From: an uncultured delta proteobacterium
GTDB taxonomy: Bacteria > Desulfobacterota > Binatia > UBA9968
Reading direction: 5' to 3'
Assembly: GCA_963847445.1 (NCBI GenBank)
Contig: CAWJZV010000014.1
Span: 64,001 to 128,000, forward strand
DNA length: 64,000 nt
The position numbers and the translations under genes were made by a program. Below the pieces are notes generated by a model, which was not told the DNA's origin, made no database searches, and saw only the letters and a list, made by a program, of their open reading frames with translations. Numbering within the stretch: the stretch's first letter is position 1; the number at the start of each line of letters is the position of its first letter. Shown here piece by piece: positions 31,640 to 43,079 of the stretch.

Positions 31640-32604
31640 ATGAGCACCAAACTACAATTGACCCTCGCCGCCGGCGATTACGATAGCATTGCCGCGCTGA
31701 AAGATGGCACCGTCACACCTGACGGCATCGAGCTGACGATCCTGACCGATATGACCGCGGAGGTGCGTCACGCGCGCATGCTGCGCGGGCGACAATTCGA
31801 CGTCGCCGAGCTGTCGATGTCGAATTACATGGTCGCCAAGGATAACGGCCTGCCGTTCATCGCCATCCCGGTGTTTCTCCATCGCCGCTTTCGCCACGGC
31901 TTTGCCTTCGTCAACACCACCAAGGGAATAGGCCAAGCCCACCGACCTGATCGGCAAGAAGGGTCGGCGTCGGCAGTTATCACGCCACGTCGAATCTATG
32001 GATTCGCGGTATTCTCGAGCATGATTTCAACGTGCCCCACAACCAGATTCACTGGTTCAAGGAAGACGAGGAAAAAATCCCCTGGCAAGCGCCGCCCGGT
32101 TTGAGCATTCAAAAAACTCCCACAGGCAAGAACATCGTCGACATGCTGCTCGCCGGCGAACTCGACGCCGTGATCGATCCGGAAGTCATCCGGCCGATGG
32201 CGACCAAGGACCCGCGCGTGCGCCGGTTATTTCCCAACTATCGCGACCTGGAAATCGACTACTTCAAACGCACCGGCATTTTTCCGATCATGCACACCAC
32301 GGCGATCAAACAGGAAATCGTCGACAAGCACCCCTGGGTGCCGGCGAGCTTGATGCAAGCTTTCGAGAAGTCGAAAAAGGTTTCCTACAAACGCATGGAG
32401 AACCCAAGAATCGTCCCGCTCGCGTGGTTCCGCTCTTTTGTCGAAGAACAGGAAGAAATTTTTGGCAGCGATCCATGGGTTTACGGACTCGGCACGGCCA
32501 ATCGTAAAAACGTCGAAACATTGATGCAGTACTCCCACGAGCAAGGATTGATCGGCAAGAAGATGGCGCTAGCGGAACTCTTTATCGATACGACGGAGGG
32601 TTAG
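31640..32604 (+). CDS. 4,5-dihydroxyphthalate decarboxylase-like / periplasmic-binding-fold protein (frameshift near 31930)
   Basis: LTLAAGDYD, FDVAELSMS, IPVFLHRRFRH, TGIFPIMH. Confidence 0.82.
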
Positions 32605-32673
32605 TGCGAGACTTGACCATGAAAACGACACCGACCAATGAAACTACGTAACCAACCCGTCTGGAGGTGAAGC

Positions 32674-32985
32674 ATGCGATTTTTACTGAAGGTCAACATC
32701 CCGGTTGAGTCCGGTAACGCGGCTGCGAAGGCCGGAAAACTCGGCGCGACGATTCAATCAATTCTGGCAGATTTGAAGCCGGAGGCCGTCTATTTTACCG
32801 ACAGCAACGGTCAGCGCACGGCGTTCATATTTCTCGAGATGCAAGATGCTTCTCAAATCCCAGCCATCGCCGAGCCGTGGTTCCTCGCGTTCAATGCCAG
32901 CGTTGAGATTCATCCGGTCATGATACCGGACGATCTAGCCAAGGCCGGCAGCGCCATCGAGAGCGCGGTCAAGAAATACGGCTGA
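32674..32985 (+). CDS. Small conserved protein, DUF3303/GYD-like ferredoxin fold
   Basis: LKPEAVYF, SQIPAIAEPWFLAFNA; GGAGG RBS. Confidence 0.65.
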   Translation: MRFLLKVNIPVESGNAAAKAGKLGATIQSILADLKPEAVYFTDSNGQRTAFIFLEMQDASQIPAIAEPWFLAFNASVEIHPVMIPDDLAKAGSAIESAVKKYG

Positions 32986-33085
32986 TCGCTCGAGTGATCG
33001 GTCGAGGAATGCGGGACACTTGAGTTGTTTCGGCAAAGGTTTGGCTCCCCGCCCCCCACACAGCCACAAAGAGGTAGGCAAAACG

Positions 33086-33286
33086 ATGCGCGGAATAATT
33101 CTTCTTAGCGTTATCTTGATTGGAGCCGGTTGCGCAGCCGAGCGCGCTGTTCTGATAAACAATCAAGGCGACGAACTCGCCTGCGAAACCAGCGGCGCTG
33201 GATTTTTTGGCGCAGTGTCGGTTCATAATCAACAGCAACAGTGTATTACAGACGCCGAGAAGCGGGGTTATCGGCTGAAGAATTAG
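33086..33286 (+). CDS. Small putative lipoprotein
   Basis: MRGIILLSVILIGAGC lipobox-like; two further Cys; GAGG RBS. Confidence 0.6.
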   Translation: MRGIILLSVILIGAGCAAERAVLINNQGDELACETSGAGFFGAVSVHNQQQQCITDAEKRGYRLKN

Positions 33287-33778
33287 GCAAGCGCTGCGGG
33301 AAGCTGTCGGGACAGGTTTTGCCATCACATATTGTTGCAATGCAAGACCAGACCCCATAAACCATAACCTCAGTCAATCTTGACGGTCAACGATAAGCCA
33401 GGATCGCATTGCGACTGTTGGCCGGGGCCTTTGCTCACTTTCATGAGCTTGCGGCACAATAGCTCGGTCCCGCTTTGTGATCTATACGGTTGATCTCTTA
33501 CGCTTGCCTTCCGCCTTGGCTACCATCAGCGGATTTCGATTCCCAGCCTTGCGAACGAAAAGAAGTTTGGCCTTTCACTTTTGCGAAGAGAACCTTCAAG
33601 TGCCTGCGCCAACGTCGGTCTGTAAGGACTTTTTGTTGCCTGTAGTTGGTACATTCCATGCACAGCATATCAACCAGCAGGAATTCCCTGAACCCTGCTA
33701 ATGAAACTGGTTCCAATTACGAATCCAAGCGACGAAGTTTAGACCTGTGCTAGCGGGAAGGACCAAAAGGAGGGTTGT

Positions 33779-35166
33779 ATGAAAAACGGCGCACATGTTC
33801 TGAAACATGCGCGGCAATGGCGGTCCCTTCCATGGCGCCAGATGGGTCTGCTCACGCTGGCCTTTATTCTTGCACTGATCGGGGGACGCCCTGCGCAGGC
33901 GGGGGAGTTCAACGTCGATTCCCTTCTGACCTTCACGCCTCTGTCTTCAACCTACCGTACCGTCACCGACACCACTGGGTGTTCGCCTGGCTTTGTCGGG
34001 AAGTTCACCTTCACAGCGCAGTTGACGAATAAACCGGACAGTCCCGTGATGCAGGGTCTGGACGTGTTCGTGCAGACACTGACCAACGGCAATATCTTGC
34101 TGGATCCGCAGACCAACCTGCGCTTAGGCGGGGCGGGCGCCGTCATGCCAATCCCGCTTGTCGGGCAGTATGCGGACGGCCTTTTGAGTGCCAACGAAGG
34201 GGTAGGTGTGCCGTTTGCTGTCTGCTTGAAGACGCGTAAAGCGTTTCAGTTCTTTGTCGACGTGTTCGGCGTCGCGACCGGCGTCGTGACAGAGCTCGTG
34301 AGCATTAATCAGGCGGGGACGGGCAGCGGCAACGGCGTCTCATTCAACCCTGTGTTCAGCACCGACGGCCGCTTCGTGGCGTTCTCCAGTGGCGCGAGCG
34401 ACCTGGTGGCAAACGACACCAATGGGACCGAGGACGTGTTCGTGCGCGACTTGCAGACTGGGACGACCACTCTGGTAAGTATCAACCGGACGGGGACGGG
34501 CAGCAATGGCGGCTCATCCGACCCCGTGATCAGCGCCGACGACCGCTTCGTGGCGTTCTTGAGCGACGCGAGCGACCTGGTGGCAAACGACACCAATAAT
34601 ACAACCGACATGTTCGTGCGCGACCTGCAGACCGGGACGACCACTCTGGTAAGTGTCAACCGAGCGGGGACGGGCGGCAATGGCGTCTCATCCGACCCCG
34701 TGATCAGCGCCGACGGGCCGCTTCGCGGCGTTCTATAGCGTCGCGAGCGACCTGGTGGCAAACGACACCAATGGGACCGAGGACGTATTCGTGCGCGACC
34801 TGCAGACTGGGACGACCACTCTGGTAAGTGTCAACCGGGCGGGGACGGGTAGCGGCAACGCTCCTCATCCGGTCCCGTGATTAGCGCCAACGGCCGCTTC
34901 GTGGCGTTCAATAGCATCGCGAGCGACCTGGTCGCGGAAACGACACCAATGGGACCGAGGACGTGTTCGTGCGCGACCTGCAGACCGGGACGACCACTCT
35001 GGTAAGTGTCAACCGGGCGGGGACGGACAGCAGCAATGGTGTCTCATACGTCCCAGTGATCAGCGCCGACGGCCGCTTCGTGGCGTTCGAGAGCGATGCG
35101 AGCAACCAGGTGATCGAGAACGACACCAATGGGACCCTGGACGTATTTGTGCGCCCGGTGCAGTGA
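33779..35166 (+). CDS. Secreted TolB/PD40-like beta-propeller repeat protein (frameshifted)
   Basis: Signal peptide; five 174-178 bp repeats starting 34295, 34472, 34646, 34821, 34999 encoding PVISADGRFVAF.S.ASDLVANDTNGT.DVFVRDLQTGTTTLVS. Confidence 0.85.
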
Positions 35167-35379
35167 GGAACAAGCTTATAGGCTTAACGGTTGCCCAGGA
35201 GGTGAAAAACCTGACATGCTTGTCTAACAAACCGGTGGTCGCTGACAATCACAGATCTCACGCAGTCAAACCGGAACGATAGCTCGGATAAAAGAACGGG
35301 ACGGTGATGGCCGTCCCGTGATCTTTGCACGCTTTGTGATCGGGTTCTTGCTCTCGCCTGGTTCCCCAACGCTTCTCGC

Positions 35380-35515
35380 CTATTTATCATCCAACCACAT
35401 CAGCTTCCCCGGATTGTCTTTCAGCATCAACATCACTTCTTCCGGTTTGATGCCAAAGCCCAACAATTCGCGCAGAAGCACCCGCATGCTGTCGACCGCA
35501 TCGATGGGAATGTGT
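35380..35515 (-). pseudogene. C-terminal remnant of a metal-dependent hydrolase-like (DUF6282-like) gene
   Basis: PHIPIDAVDSMRVLLRELLGFGIKPEEVMLMLKDNPGKLMWLDDK*, cut at the 35516 repeat. Confidence 0.5.
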
Positions 35516-35692
35516 GGACAGGTCTTGCAATCACACATTAACGTAATGCAAGACTATGGGTCATAACGGCCCCCAGGAGATTCTCGCCAAACGATAACGC
35601 TACGATTCTCGTGAGACCGCAGTTCAGTGTAACCAAGCTGTCAGCGCATTTCGCGAAGTCGAGGATCGAGCAGAACGGAAGGAGCCTTTATA

Positions 35693-36856
35693 ATGAAACA
35701 TAGCACCGACCGGATACTCACCACCCATTGCGGCAGTTTGGCGCGGCCCAAGGACTTGCTCGATTTGATGAAGGCGAAGTTAACCGGCGAGTCCTACGAC
35801 CAAGTCCAGTATGCAAATCGGATCACCAGTGCCGTCGCCGAGGCGGTCCGCGCGCAAGCCGAGACCCGCGTCGATGTCGTCACCGATGGCGAACAAGGCA
35901 AGCCGGGATTTTTCACTTACGTGCGCGAGCGGCTTACCGGCTTTGAACCGAAGACGCCGCCAACAGCGGGCTGGCAACAATGGGCGGCGGAAGTGGCGGC
36001 GTTCCCGGAATACTACGAGAAGTATTTCAGCCGGCGCATGATGGGCGGCAGCATCGCGCCGCGCACGCCGCTGGTTTGCACCGGACCGATCGCCTATCGC
36101 GGGCAGGAGGCGATTCGCCAGGATATCGCCAATCTCAAGTCGGCGCTCACGGGTGTCGATGTCACGGAGGCTTTCATGCCCGCCGTGGCGCCGAGCGGTG
36201 TCGGGAGCAATGAATACTATGGCTCGGACGAAGAATATCTCGCCGCCGTCGGCGACGCTCTGCGCGAGGAATATCTCGCGATCGTCGATGCCGGTTTCAT
36301 TCTCCAGATCGACGATCCCTGGCTCACTGAAGTTCACAGCCAAGACCCATCGTTGAGCGCCGCCGAACGGCGCAAGATCGCCGAAAGGTCTGTTGACGCG
36401 ATCAATCACGCCCTGCGCGGCATTCCAGCCGAGAAGATTCGCTTTCACACTTGTTATGGCATCAACGAAGGACCGCGCGTCCACGACGCGCCGCTGCAAG
36501 AAATCGTCGATCTGATCTTGAAAGTAAACGCCGGCGCCTACGCCTTCGAAGCCGCCAACCCGCGCCACGAGCATGAGTATCATGTCTGGGAAACTGCAAA
36601 ATTGCCTGCCGGTAAAATCTTGATCCCCGGAGTGATCACCCACTGCAGCAATATCGTCGAGCATCCCGAGCTGATCGCCGAACGGATCACGCGCTACGCC
36701 AAACTGGTTGGCCGGGAAAACGTCATCGCCGGCGCCGACTGCGGCTTCTCGTCGCAGGCGACCTACGAACCGGAAGTCCATCCGAAAATCGTTTGGGCGA
36801 AGTTCCAAGCGATGGCCGAAGGTGCGCGCCTGGCGACGAAGCAACTCTGGCGGTAA
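35693..36856 (+). CDS. Cobalamin-independent methionine synthase II (MetE C-terminal-like) family protein
   Basis: LTTHCGSL, VVTDGE, LQIDDP, FHTCYG, ADCGF. Confidence 0.9.
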   Translation: MKHSTDRILTTHCGSLARPKDLLDLMKAKLTGESYDQVQYANRITSAVAEAVRAQAETRVDVVTDGEQGKPGFFTYVRERLTGFEPKTPPTAGWQQWAAEVAAFPEYYEKYFSRRMMGGSIAPRTPLVCTGPIAYRGQEAIRQDIANLKSALTGVDVTEAFMPAVAPSGVGSNEYYGSDEEYLAAVGDALREEYLAIVDAGFILQIDDPWLTEVHSQDPSLSAAERRKIAERSVDAINHALRGIPAEKIRFHTCYGINEGPRVHDAPLQEIVDLILKVNAGAYAFEAANPRHEHEYHVWETAKLPAGKILIPGVITHCSNIVEHPELIAERITRYAKLVGRENVIAGADCGFSSQATYEPEVHPKIVWAKFQAMAEGARLATKQLWR

Positions 36857-36908
36857 ATCTTGTACGGTGCGCTTGCACACCGCTATGCTAAAAACGGAGA
36901 GCCTCGCC

Positions 36909-37472
36909 ATGGCAAAAAAGAGCGCAACCAAGCAGGACGATGTAATCGAGAAACTAACGCCGCAGCAGGCTCTCGAAATCCTCAAACGGCTGAGCCAGAA
37001 CGAGGGCAAGATTGGCGAAGCGGTGCGCGCCGAGGCGAGAACCCTTTTGCAAGCGGTGGACTTGGATGAAACGGCCGATGAGGTTTTCTTCGTTCTCGAT
37101 TCGATAGACGTAGAGGATTGTTGGGACCGGTCAGGCAGTTCCCGCTACGGTTACACCGAGCCTAGCGAGGCCGCGGTCGAACTCGTGGAAGAAGAGCTTC
37201 AGCCGTTTTACGATCAAGCCGCGCGGTTCCGCGAGCTGAACATGCCCGAACAAGAAATGACTTATTGCATGGGGGTGATCCTCGGAATCTACCGCTATGA
37301 GCATGAATCCAAGTCAGAGTTTCGGGAGTGGGCCGAGGATATTCCGATTGAATGCGCCGGCTACCTGCTCACGATCTGGCGGGAACGAAACCACAAAGCA
37401 GTCGACGCCCAGGCGATGGATGAGTTCATCCGCCAACGTTGTCCGAAGTGGGCCGAGAATTTAATCCGCTAA
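36909..37472 (+). CDS. Conserved hypothetical acidic protein
   Basis: Clean ORF with GGAG RBS; WDRSG..RYGY motif. Confidence 0.65.
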   Translation: MAKKSATKQDDVIEKLTPQQALEILKRLSQNEGKIGEAVRAEARTLLQAVDLDETADEVFFVLDSIDVEDCWDRSGSSRYGYTEPSEAAVELVEEELQPFYDQAARFRELNMPEQEMTYCMGVILGIYRYEHESKSEFREWAEDIPIECAGYLLTIWRERNHKAVDAQAMDEFIRQRCPKWAENLIR

Positions 37473-37594
37473 GTCTTGCCCCAATCGAATTTTATTTCCT
37501 TCTGTTTGAGCAACTGGCGGTCGAACAATCTTTAGCGGCGGGCGAATTGGCTCAGTCTCGCGAGCTACTCATTGCCTCAGCGATGCCGCATCAA

Positions 37595-37808
37595 TTAGAA
37601 TTTGAAGTTGCTCCCGGTAATAAACTTCCTCAGCTTGGGATCGCCAGGACAGATGCGGTTGATCGCCGTGAGCCAGCGCGCCAGGTCGTCAACACTCATA
37701 CGTTGCGCGATCTCTCGTGAGTTTCGTTCGCAAGGTGCGAAACTCTTCCCGCAAAGTTTCGGACGCACCCATTTCTCGCAGTTCTCGTTTTTCTTCCTCA
37801 CTGAGCAT
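37595..37808 (-). CDS. Small hypothetical protein (frameshifted)
   Basis: MLSEEEKRELREMGASETLREEFR joins ...MSVDDLARWLTAINRIC...NFKF; GGAG RBS. Confidence 0.45.
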
Positions 37809-38007
37809 GATCGAAACTCTCCCTGAACTTTTTAGTTGCAACTAGTTGCAACAACGAGAGCAACTACTTGTGAGTATCCGGCAACTCGACTTCACTAGAA
37901 CTAAGCAGCATTGCGATCCATGAACCGTTCTATATCACGCTTTTCCTGTCCCTTGCACTTATACCAATGGCGCACGGCACTGGCCCGTGCGTCGCCAGAA
38001 TTATTCA

Positions 38008-38035
38008 AAGGGGCCGATCCTACGACCGGCCCCTT
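38008..38035. terminator. GC-rich hairpin, terminator or REP-like
   Basis: AAGGGGCCG...CGGCCCCTT downstream of the LLM gene. Confidence 0.45.
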
Positions 38036-38070
38036 CCAAAAATCACACATATCCCCTCGTAATGTCGGGT

Positions 38071-38190
38071 AAGTAAAAAGTTAAAAGTAAAAGGTAAAAA
38101 AGCGGTGATTGCCTTCTCTCAACTTTGACTCTTACTTCGCCTTCCCGTTTTCGTTCGGTTATTTTACTTTTTCCTTTTGCCTTTTTACTT
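38071..38190. repeat. Palindromic element with inverted heptamer arms (GTAAAAA / TTTTTAC)
   Basis: Left arm 38071-38102, right arm 38162-38190. Confidence 0.8.
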
Positions 38191-38194
38191 CGTC

Positions 38195-39197
38195 TTACGC
38201 ATTCCCCCACGCCTCGAAGAATCGTCGCGCGTCCTCGACCACCGGCTCGGTCACCGGCACGTAGGGAATCACCATGCGGGTCACGCCGGCTTCTTCGAAG
38301 GCTTTCATCTTTTCTTTGATCTCGCTCACGTCGCTGGCCGGCACCACCGGCAGTTTGTCCATATACTCGTCGGTGAGCGCGCCCATGGCGGCTTTGAAGC
38401 CGCCCTTTTGAAACGCTTCGTGAATCGCGCTCACTTCTTTGTCGAAGCCCATGCCGCGCAGCATGTCGCTGTAATGATCGGCGATGTTGTAGAACGTCAG
38501 CACCTGGCGCAGCTTGGCGCGGGCGGCGTTCTTGTCGGGGTTGAGCGACACCCGCGACTTGGCGATGATCTCGATCTTGCTCGGATCGCGGCCCGCTTCG
38601 ATGGCGCCCTCGCGCACCCGCGCGGCGATCTCTTTCACCTTCGCCGGCGTCGCCATGTTGATAAACACACCGTCGGAGATTTTGCCGACCAGCTTGGTCA
38701 TCTGCGGTCCGAGACCGGCGAGATAGACCGGCACGTTCGGATAAGCTCGGCTTCCAGGAAAGTTGAAAGCGCTTGCCGGTGTTGTAAATCTCGCCTTCGT
38801 ACTCGACGCGTTCGCCGGCGGCGACTTTGCGCGTGACCTCGATATATTCGCGCGCCCGTTTGAGCGGCCGGTCGAAGACACCGCCATGCCAGCCGGCGAT
38901 CGCCTTGTTGGCGACGCCGAGACCGAGCAGCAAACGGCCGCCGGACAAATCTTGCAGCGTCGCCGATTGGATGCCGAGCGTCACCGGGCTGCGGCCGTAA
39001 ATGTGATAAATCGCCGTGCCTAGTTTGATTTTCTTGGTCCGGCTCGCCACCGCCGAGAGCATGACGAACGGATCGGTGCTGTTCGATTCGCCTTTCCAAA
39101 AGGCGCCGAAGCCGACTTGCTCTGCCAATTCGATGAGCCCCGGCACTTCGGCGGCCGGATAGTGCGCCGCGGAATTGATCTCAACGTCAAAAATCAT
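38195..39197 (-). CDS. LLM-class flavin/F420-dependent oxidoreductase (frameshift near 38750)
   Basis: IKLGTAI, LSGGRLLLGLG, PVYLAGLGPQM. Confidence 0.88.
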
Positions 39198-39376
39198 AAA
39201 TCGCGTCCTTCTCTGAGCTTTGAACCTTTGAACTTTTGAACCTTGAACGAATAACCTAGCCAATGGTTCGCTATGTCAAACTGGGACCTTGAACGAACAT
39301 TACCGCGCTAAGACTAGCCAGATGCTGTCATCCCGAACTTATAGTCAAATCTCCGCGACCGTCAACCGCCTGGCCT

Positions 39377-40353
39377 TCACTGCAGCGCTTTGGCTTTCTT
39401 GGTGAGGCTGTCGAGATCCATTTTGAGTTTGTCCGAACTCGCCGACAAATTCATCCACCGAAGTCGCCGGCACCCAGGCCGCGTCGATCGGCTTGACGAC
39501 GCCGGTGTATTCCATGATCGTCGAGAATTTGCTGCGCGCGGCGAAGTCGCTGATCGCGCTGGTGCCGACGACGACCAGACTAACCGCCGCGGCGGTCCAC
39601 AGGCGCGAACGGCGCCGCAACAGCGAGGCCGCTCCGAGATGACCGTAGACCAGCCCCGCCAGCACCAGCCCGTAACCGAACACACCGGCGATCCAGAGCA
39701 TGGGAATCCGCGGCAGGAAAAACTCCGACCACTCGGCGACCACGCCGAGGGCGCTGATCGCCAACAGTGCCAAGCAGGCGATGGTCACATGCCGGGCAAA
39801 GTTGAAACGGCTGACGACGATCCGGCTGGCCAGCGCCCACATGCCCGCCCAGGTCGCCAGCATCGACACCGTGACCCAAGTGCTCGCCGATGATTTTTGC
39901 CACGGTCACGCGCTCGACACTGGAAAGATAGGCCTCCAAACAGAGCAGCAACACCAAGACCACACCCGAAATCACCGCCGCATAGGGCGACGCCAAGGGC
40001 AAAACTTTCGCCGCGCCATCGACCAGCGTCGGCGCCAGCGGATGATCGACGCTGACGTAGCGCAGGGTGGTATGACCGATACGAAACTGGCTGCCGGATT
40101 GAAGTTCCAACTGGGCGACGCGCTCTTTACCCGAGCCGGGATAGAAGCCGTTGACGCTATCGAGATCGCTGGCGAGCAAACGGCCTTGTTCGTCTTGGGC
40201 AATCTTGAGATGACGCGGGCAGACGAATGGATCGGAGAGAATCACCTGATTGCCATAGGCGCGGCCGACGGTCACTGGAAATCCATCCACCGCGATGCGC
40301 TCGCTGACGCCGCCCTTGCCGTCGAGGATTTCGATATAGCCTAGCGCTGCCAC
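39377..40353 (-). CDS. FHA-domain membrane protein (frameshifted)
   Basis: VTVGRAYGNQVILSDPFVCPRH...DLDSVNG FHA motif followed by several TM helices. Confidence 0.8.
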
Positions 40354-41625
40354 TTGATGTTCTCCATGTAGCGCCGGCTGAACGCCTGAACATTGTCGAA
40401 GCTCACGCCGGAGAGCGAAAGCGTCGACACCAAACCGGCGTTGCGCGAGCCGAGGGTGGCGACGCGGAACACCGCGTCGTAGAGCGCCGGCAGCTTGATG
40501 TACTGGCGCGCGCACAGCACTCCTTTGAGCTTGCCATTGGCGGTCGCGACGTTGCGCGTCTGGCAGCGAAACGACGTGACTTCCTCTTCGTTGCCGAACA
40601 TCGCCGCGTTGCCGCCTTGAAACTGTGCGGAGTAGAGCGTGAAGAAGCGCGCCGGATTGAGCTCGCTGGTGGACAATAGTTGATGATAGAAGCGCACGAT
40701 GCCCGAGGACTGTTCGCTGGAAACGAAAATGTAATCGTCCGTCGAACAGTCATGGGTCACCGAAACGTAGGGCAATTCCTTACGGCGCAAGGCGTCCGCC
40801 CAACAGCGAAAGAACTCCGTCGGCTTGGTCGGCAGGTCGTACGGCGCCAGCGCCACCCGCGGCGTTTTCGCATCGAACATGCCGGCGAGATAGCGCGTCT
40901 GATTGTCGTGGATCTGCCGGCCGACATCGGCGAGGAAACTCGCCGGCGGCGGCATTTCGCCCTTGGCGGTCTTATCCAGCAAAGCCATGGCCCGCTCGGC
41001 CGGCACGAGAAAGCTGATTTGATTGCCTTCGGTGGCGACGTTGATGCCGACGACTTTGCCGTCTTGGGTCAATGTCGGCCCGCCGCTCATGCCGGGATTG
41101 AGCGATCCGGTGAAATGCACTTTGGGATAGAGCGTATGTTTGAGCAAACCGTTGTGCGTGCCTTCGACGATGGAAAGCCCAAGATCGCGCGGATGGCCGA
41201 GGGAATAGAGCCGCGTGCCCTGCGCCACCGGCTTCGACTCGAAGACGAGATGGCCCTTGGGCTGGCGATCGGTCCGCAGGATCGCCAAGTCATAGACCAC
41301 ATCGACGCCCAGCACCGTGCCGACGGTCGTGCCGCCGGCAACGTCGATCACATCGATCCGATAACGCTCCGGCGAATGCACCAACTTGGAAATCACATGG
41401 TAGTTGGTGACGATCGCGTCCAGAGTTGTCGGCGAAAAAGCCCGTGCCCGTGGACGCCTTCGCCGCCGAACTGGTTTCCACCACTTCAATCTTCACGACA
41501 TGCTCGGAAAACTGCTTGAAGATCTCCTGCGTGGTGCCGGGCATAAATTGAGCGTGAGTCGCCGGAATTATCAGCACGACACACCACGAAAGAATGAGAG
41601 CGCTGGTTGCTAGTAATTTATTCAT
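40341..41625 (-). CDS. Secreted trypsin-like serine protease (frameshift near 41425)
   Basis: GTGF, VTNYHV, DLAIL, NPGMSGGP catalytic triad motifs. Confidence 0.87.
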
Positions 41626-41664
41626 CGGCGGGCTGAGTAGATTGTTTACGCAGACCGACGAAAG

Positions 41665-42862
41665 CTAACGAACGATTTGACTCACGCCCTGGGTTAGCAA
41701 GTCGTTGATGATTGCATCGTCATATCCCAATTCTCGGAGAATCTTCTGCGCTCTGCTCGCCCACCAGCGGCGGCGGCTGCGGCGTCTTGTCTTGGCGAGA
41801 TTGTCAAAATGCACCGGTCCGCCGACGAACTTTAGTTTGCCGGCCATGGGATGCTCGACCTCTTCGATCAGCCCGAGATGTTTGACCTGCGGGTCGTCGA
41901 GCACTTCGGCGACATCGTAGAGCGGCACCGCCGGCACGTCGTGGGCTTCGAGGATTTTCAACCACTCGCCGCGCGGCTTGGTTTTGAATGTCGGCGCCAG
42001 CGTCTGTTCCAGCGCCTCGTAGTTCTGCCGCCGTGCGTCGCGGGTTTTGAAACGCTCATCCGCGGCAATGTCCATGCGCTCGGCGGCCTTTAACAGTGCC
42101 AGCCAAAATTTTTCCGGCACCGAACAATGGATCGCCAAGCGGCTTGCCGTCCTGGCAAACCAGCGCGAACGCATGGGCGTTCTTCACCCGCGCCATGCGG
42201 TTGGGCACGTTGCCGGTGCGCAGATAACCGGCAGCGGTCTCGCCGATGAATGACAGCGTCGCCTGCAGCAGCGAAGTTTCGACGCGGCAGCCGACGCCGG
42301 AATCGTTCCGCGCCAAGAGCGCCGCGAGAATACCGTAGCCGGCGGACAGTCCGGTGACGTAATCCGACACCGCCATGCCCATGACTTTGGGATCGTCGGG
42401 ATCGCTGAGCAGACTCAACAAACCGCTCATCGCCTGCCCTAGAGTATCGAAGCCCGGCTTCTCGGCATAAGGCCCGCTCTGGCCGAACGCCGAAATCGAA
42501 CAGTAGACTAATTTTGCATTGAGCGCTTTCAGCGTCTCATAGCCGATGCCCAGTCGGTCCGCCGTGCCGGGGCGAAAGTTTTCCACGAACACATCGGCTT
42601 TCTTGAGCAGCTCGATGCCGATCGCCTTGCCTGCCGGAGCTTTCAAGTCCAGCACTAAACTTTCTTTATTGCGATTGAGATGAGCGAAGTTGAAACTGAA
42701 CGCCGGGTCCGGCGCAAAGTAGCGGTAAGGATCGCCGTCCGGCGCCGACTCGATCTTGATCACCCGCGCGCCGAGATCCGCCAACAACGCCGTCGCGTAG
42801 GGCCCGGTGACGAAAGTTGCGCACTCAACCACCGTGATGTTGTCGAGGATTTTTACCGGCAT
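41665..42862 (-). CDS. CoA-transferase family III (CaiB/BaiF), frameshifted
   Basis: LADLGARVIKIE, NRNKES, DVFVENFRPG, YCSISAFGQSGP. Confidence 0.92.
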
Positions 42863-43079
42863 GAATTTCTTCCCGCGCTAATCTTCCACGGATCAGCGCG
42901 CCTTGCAACGCGGCGACGAGGATTAATGATGATCGCCGCAGCGTAGAGACGAATCGACTGGAAACGGAAGAATTCTGCCAGGACTGGCAATCGAGAGAGT
43001 GGGAAGTTGCCAGCGACGGTGAGGTTAGAAGCGGGGCAAACTTGTTTATGGCAATCGCCATAATCGGAACAGATACAAA

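Larger units (their letters stand above)
33310..35554 (+). repeat. Pair of 39-bp imperfect direct repeats (33310-33348 and 35516-35554), each internally palindromic
   Basis: ggacaggttttgccatcacatattgttgcaatgcaagac versus ggacaggtcttgcaatcacacattaacgtaatgcaagac (32/39 by eye). Confidence 0.75.

Noticed and set aside
33360-33730. Integron-integrase remnant upstream of the putative cassette
   Set aside because: No IntI or tyrosine-recombinase motifs in the frames I translated
34295-35160. Diversity-generating retroelement template/variable repeats
   Set aside because: No reverse transcriptase; the repeats are in-frame propeller blades and the differences are not adenine-specific
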